Below are positions 62,121-64,000 of a stretch of DNA of 64,000 nucleotides, piece by piece (the first letter of the stretch is position 1; each line of letters begins with the position of its first letter). The DNA is from Amoebophrya sp. A120 (Eukaryota > Protista > Dinoflagellata): contig CAJINV010000003.1 of NCBI GenBank assembly GCA_905178155.1, forward strand, positions 3,963,600 through 4,027,599, given 5' to 3'. Under the pieces are notes generated by a model. It was given only the letters and a program-made list of their open reading frames with translations. It searched no databases and had not been told where the DNA came from. The position numbers and the translations under genes are program-made.

Positions 62121-64000
62121 ACGGAACCACCGGGTCTATTATCGGTTTCCTGCTTCGTGGGCACCCACTTGGATCGTTGTCAGGGGCTGCTAACTCGAAG
62201 GCGATCCAGTCAGGCGTCGTTCACAGCCTCAGCGGCGCCCGACTAGCTACCCGTCCCGGGTACTTGCGTCTCCGCCGACAAGTACTGAAACTCGTGCAGC
62301 TCGGGAACCCGCGACAGCCGGAGATCGGGGGAAGTGGTTTTGCCCGCGCGCCGCCCCTCGGCGGCTTCTCGCTACCCCGGCTTCGACACCCTCGCGCGAA
62401 TACCGCCTGAGTCCTCGTATTCCGTATACTCTAGGCGAGTGCCATCCGAAGGTGAAACATGCGACTTCCACCGGCCCGTTCTAAGGTGGAGGCGATCCGG
62501 TGCGACCCGAGCCTTGCCCTTCAACACATATGCACGTAGTCGCCAGCCTACTGCATCGCAGTAGCGCCTCTCCTACGGAGCTGCATTACACCTTGCCTCA
62601 AAGTTCTGTTATCGTGAGCTCTTGTCCGCGCGCCTAGATTGGAGGAAGATAATCTTAGAGAAAAACTACATAGCTCACTAGCTTAGCAGGGGGACCAGGC
62701 GAGACGGATGCAGTAAAGCCTGTTGCTCGCTGTCATTTTATGAACTGCTTCTGTTCAAAAACCTTAGGAGAAATGAGCAACGCACCAGCCTAGCACGGGA
62801 ACAAGGCGAGACGGATGGATCCAATAATAACGCCGCTTTTGGTTCGTGTTGCGCGTTGTGGAATACCAAAACTTATCAGCTCACGGAAACTTACATGGAC
62901 ATGTTTGAGAGGCCTTTTACTGAGCGACTACTCAGACTGATTCGGGGGGGGCTGGCGGTCTGGACTTCGGGCCAGGCGGGGAGGCTGGGGGAGGATCTGA
63001 GGACTGAGTGGGCGTCCTCCCTGGCTGAACGCACGTCCTCTCCTCTGGTGCGGCGACTGCCACCACGATACTGCTCCGCCGCTCCGCAGCACGGCCCTCG
63101 TCGTCGACCATAGTATGATGGCGTATTCTCATCTGAAAGAGGAGGCAGAACACGCATGGGATCTTGTCGCTAGATTTTTATATAAATTCACATTCCTGGC
63201 GCAATTCACCCAACGAGCGAAAGCGCGCGGAAACGATGATAATCGAAGGCAGTGCTGACGCGCGCTGCAGTCCTCGTCGCGGGACGCCCTGCGACGGTCA
63301 CACTGGCGAGCAAGAAGAGAACCCGGCCGGCACAGCGAGCTACAAGTAGCAAGCCGCGCGAGCCAAGCTCTCAAACCCCACAGAGCCACGCCCCGGACGT
63401 GAAGGTGGGCCAAGCCGTGGAACACGACATGGCCCACCGAACATCTTCCCCAAATGTGACTCAACGGGGCGGCCTGGCTCTGTCGGTGCAGAGATCCAGG
63501 CGCGCGGGGCTGTGTTGTAGCTAGGTAGCGAGCACGTGGGAAACGCGCCGGGGTAGGGCACCACCGTGGAGCCCGGAACCCGGGCGACGCAGCGGGGTCT
63601 TGCTCCCAATCGTGACTAAGTTCCGGGAAGTTCCCGCGGGTATGTGATCTAGCGGACGCAGCACATCGCGCTGCGACCTGTCTGAGACGCCAGGATTGGC
63701 GCTCCAAATGTAAAAAGGCAAATCAAGCGTCCCCAGGTACGCTGGATGAATCGAACGACTCTGGCTCGTGGAGCAGCAGAGAAATCCGAAACAGGAGAAG
63801 GACCTGCTAAAACTGCACCACAGCTCCTCGCCCCCACACCAACCACTGAACCCCTCGACTGCGCTAATCACCTGCAGGCAATCAACGCCGGCGGACCGAC
63901 GTCGAGGGGCGAAGGACGGAGCAACGACGCCGATAGGCTAACGCGCTCAGCTCTCCTTCCAAGTCAGCACCCCTGATACCAAAGCACAAGCGACTCAGAG

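Noticed and set aside
63965-63985. TGGTATCA on the minus strand resembling a tRNA-Met primer-binding site
   Set aside because: Only 8 nt match, no adjacent LTR CA end, and no gag/pol motifs in 62-64 kb.
60960-64000. Several 100-190 aa ORFs in GC-rich sequence
   Set aside because: No recognisable domain or consistent exon chain; may be degenerate repeat DNA.

Overview
Eukaryotic, gene-dense, intron-containing DNA. The gene families and the non-canonical TIR/direct-repeat introns point to a dinoflagellate of the Amoebophrya (Syndiniales) type; this is an inference. Recognisable genes: the 3' end of beta'-COP, an Alba-like protein, a macro-domain protein, a ~2,950-aa low-complexity protein, Cu/Zn SOD, a secreted coiled-coil protein, an SF1/UvrD-like helicase, an ABC1/UbiB kinase, and two bacterial-type IolE-like paralogs. 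The dominant signal is about 21 recognisable short (~210-400 bp) elements with TA(T)...(A)TA-ended terminal inverted repeats and 5-bp target-site duplications, plus several eroded ones. They sit inside coding exons in either orientation and lack GT-AG boundaries. Removing the element plus one TSD copy restores the reading frame at every site in an intact gene that I checked (introner elements). At 54.7-58.5 kb, six copies of the IolE 3' end carry 11 such elements at six different insertion sites, so filled and empty sites lie side by side. An AT-rich island at 26.9-31.3 kb holds two poly(A)-tailed retroelement copies, one with a 19-bp TSD.
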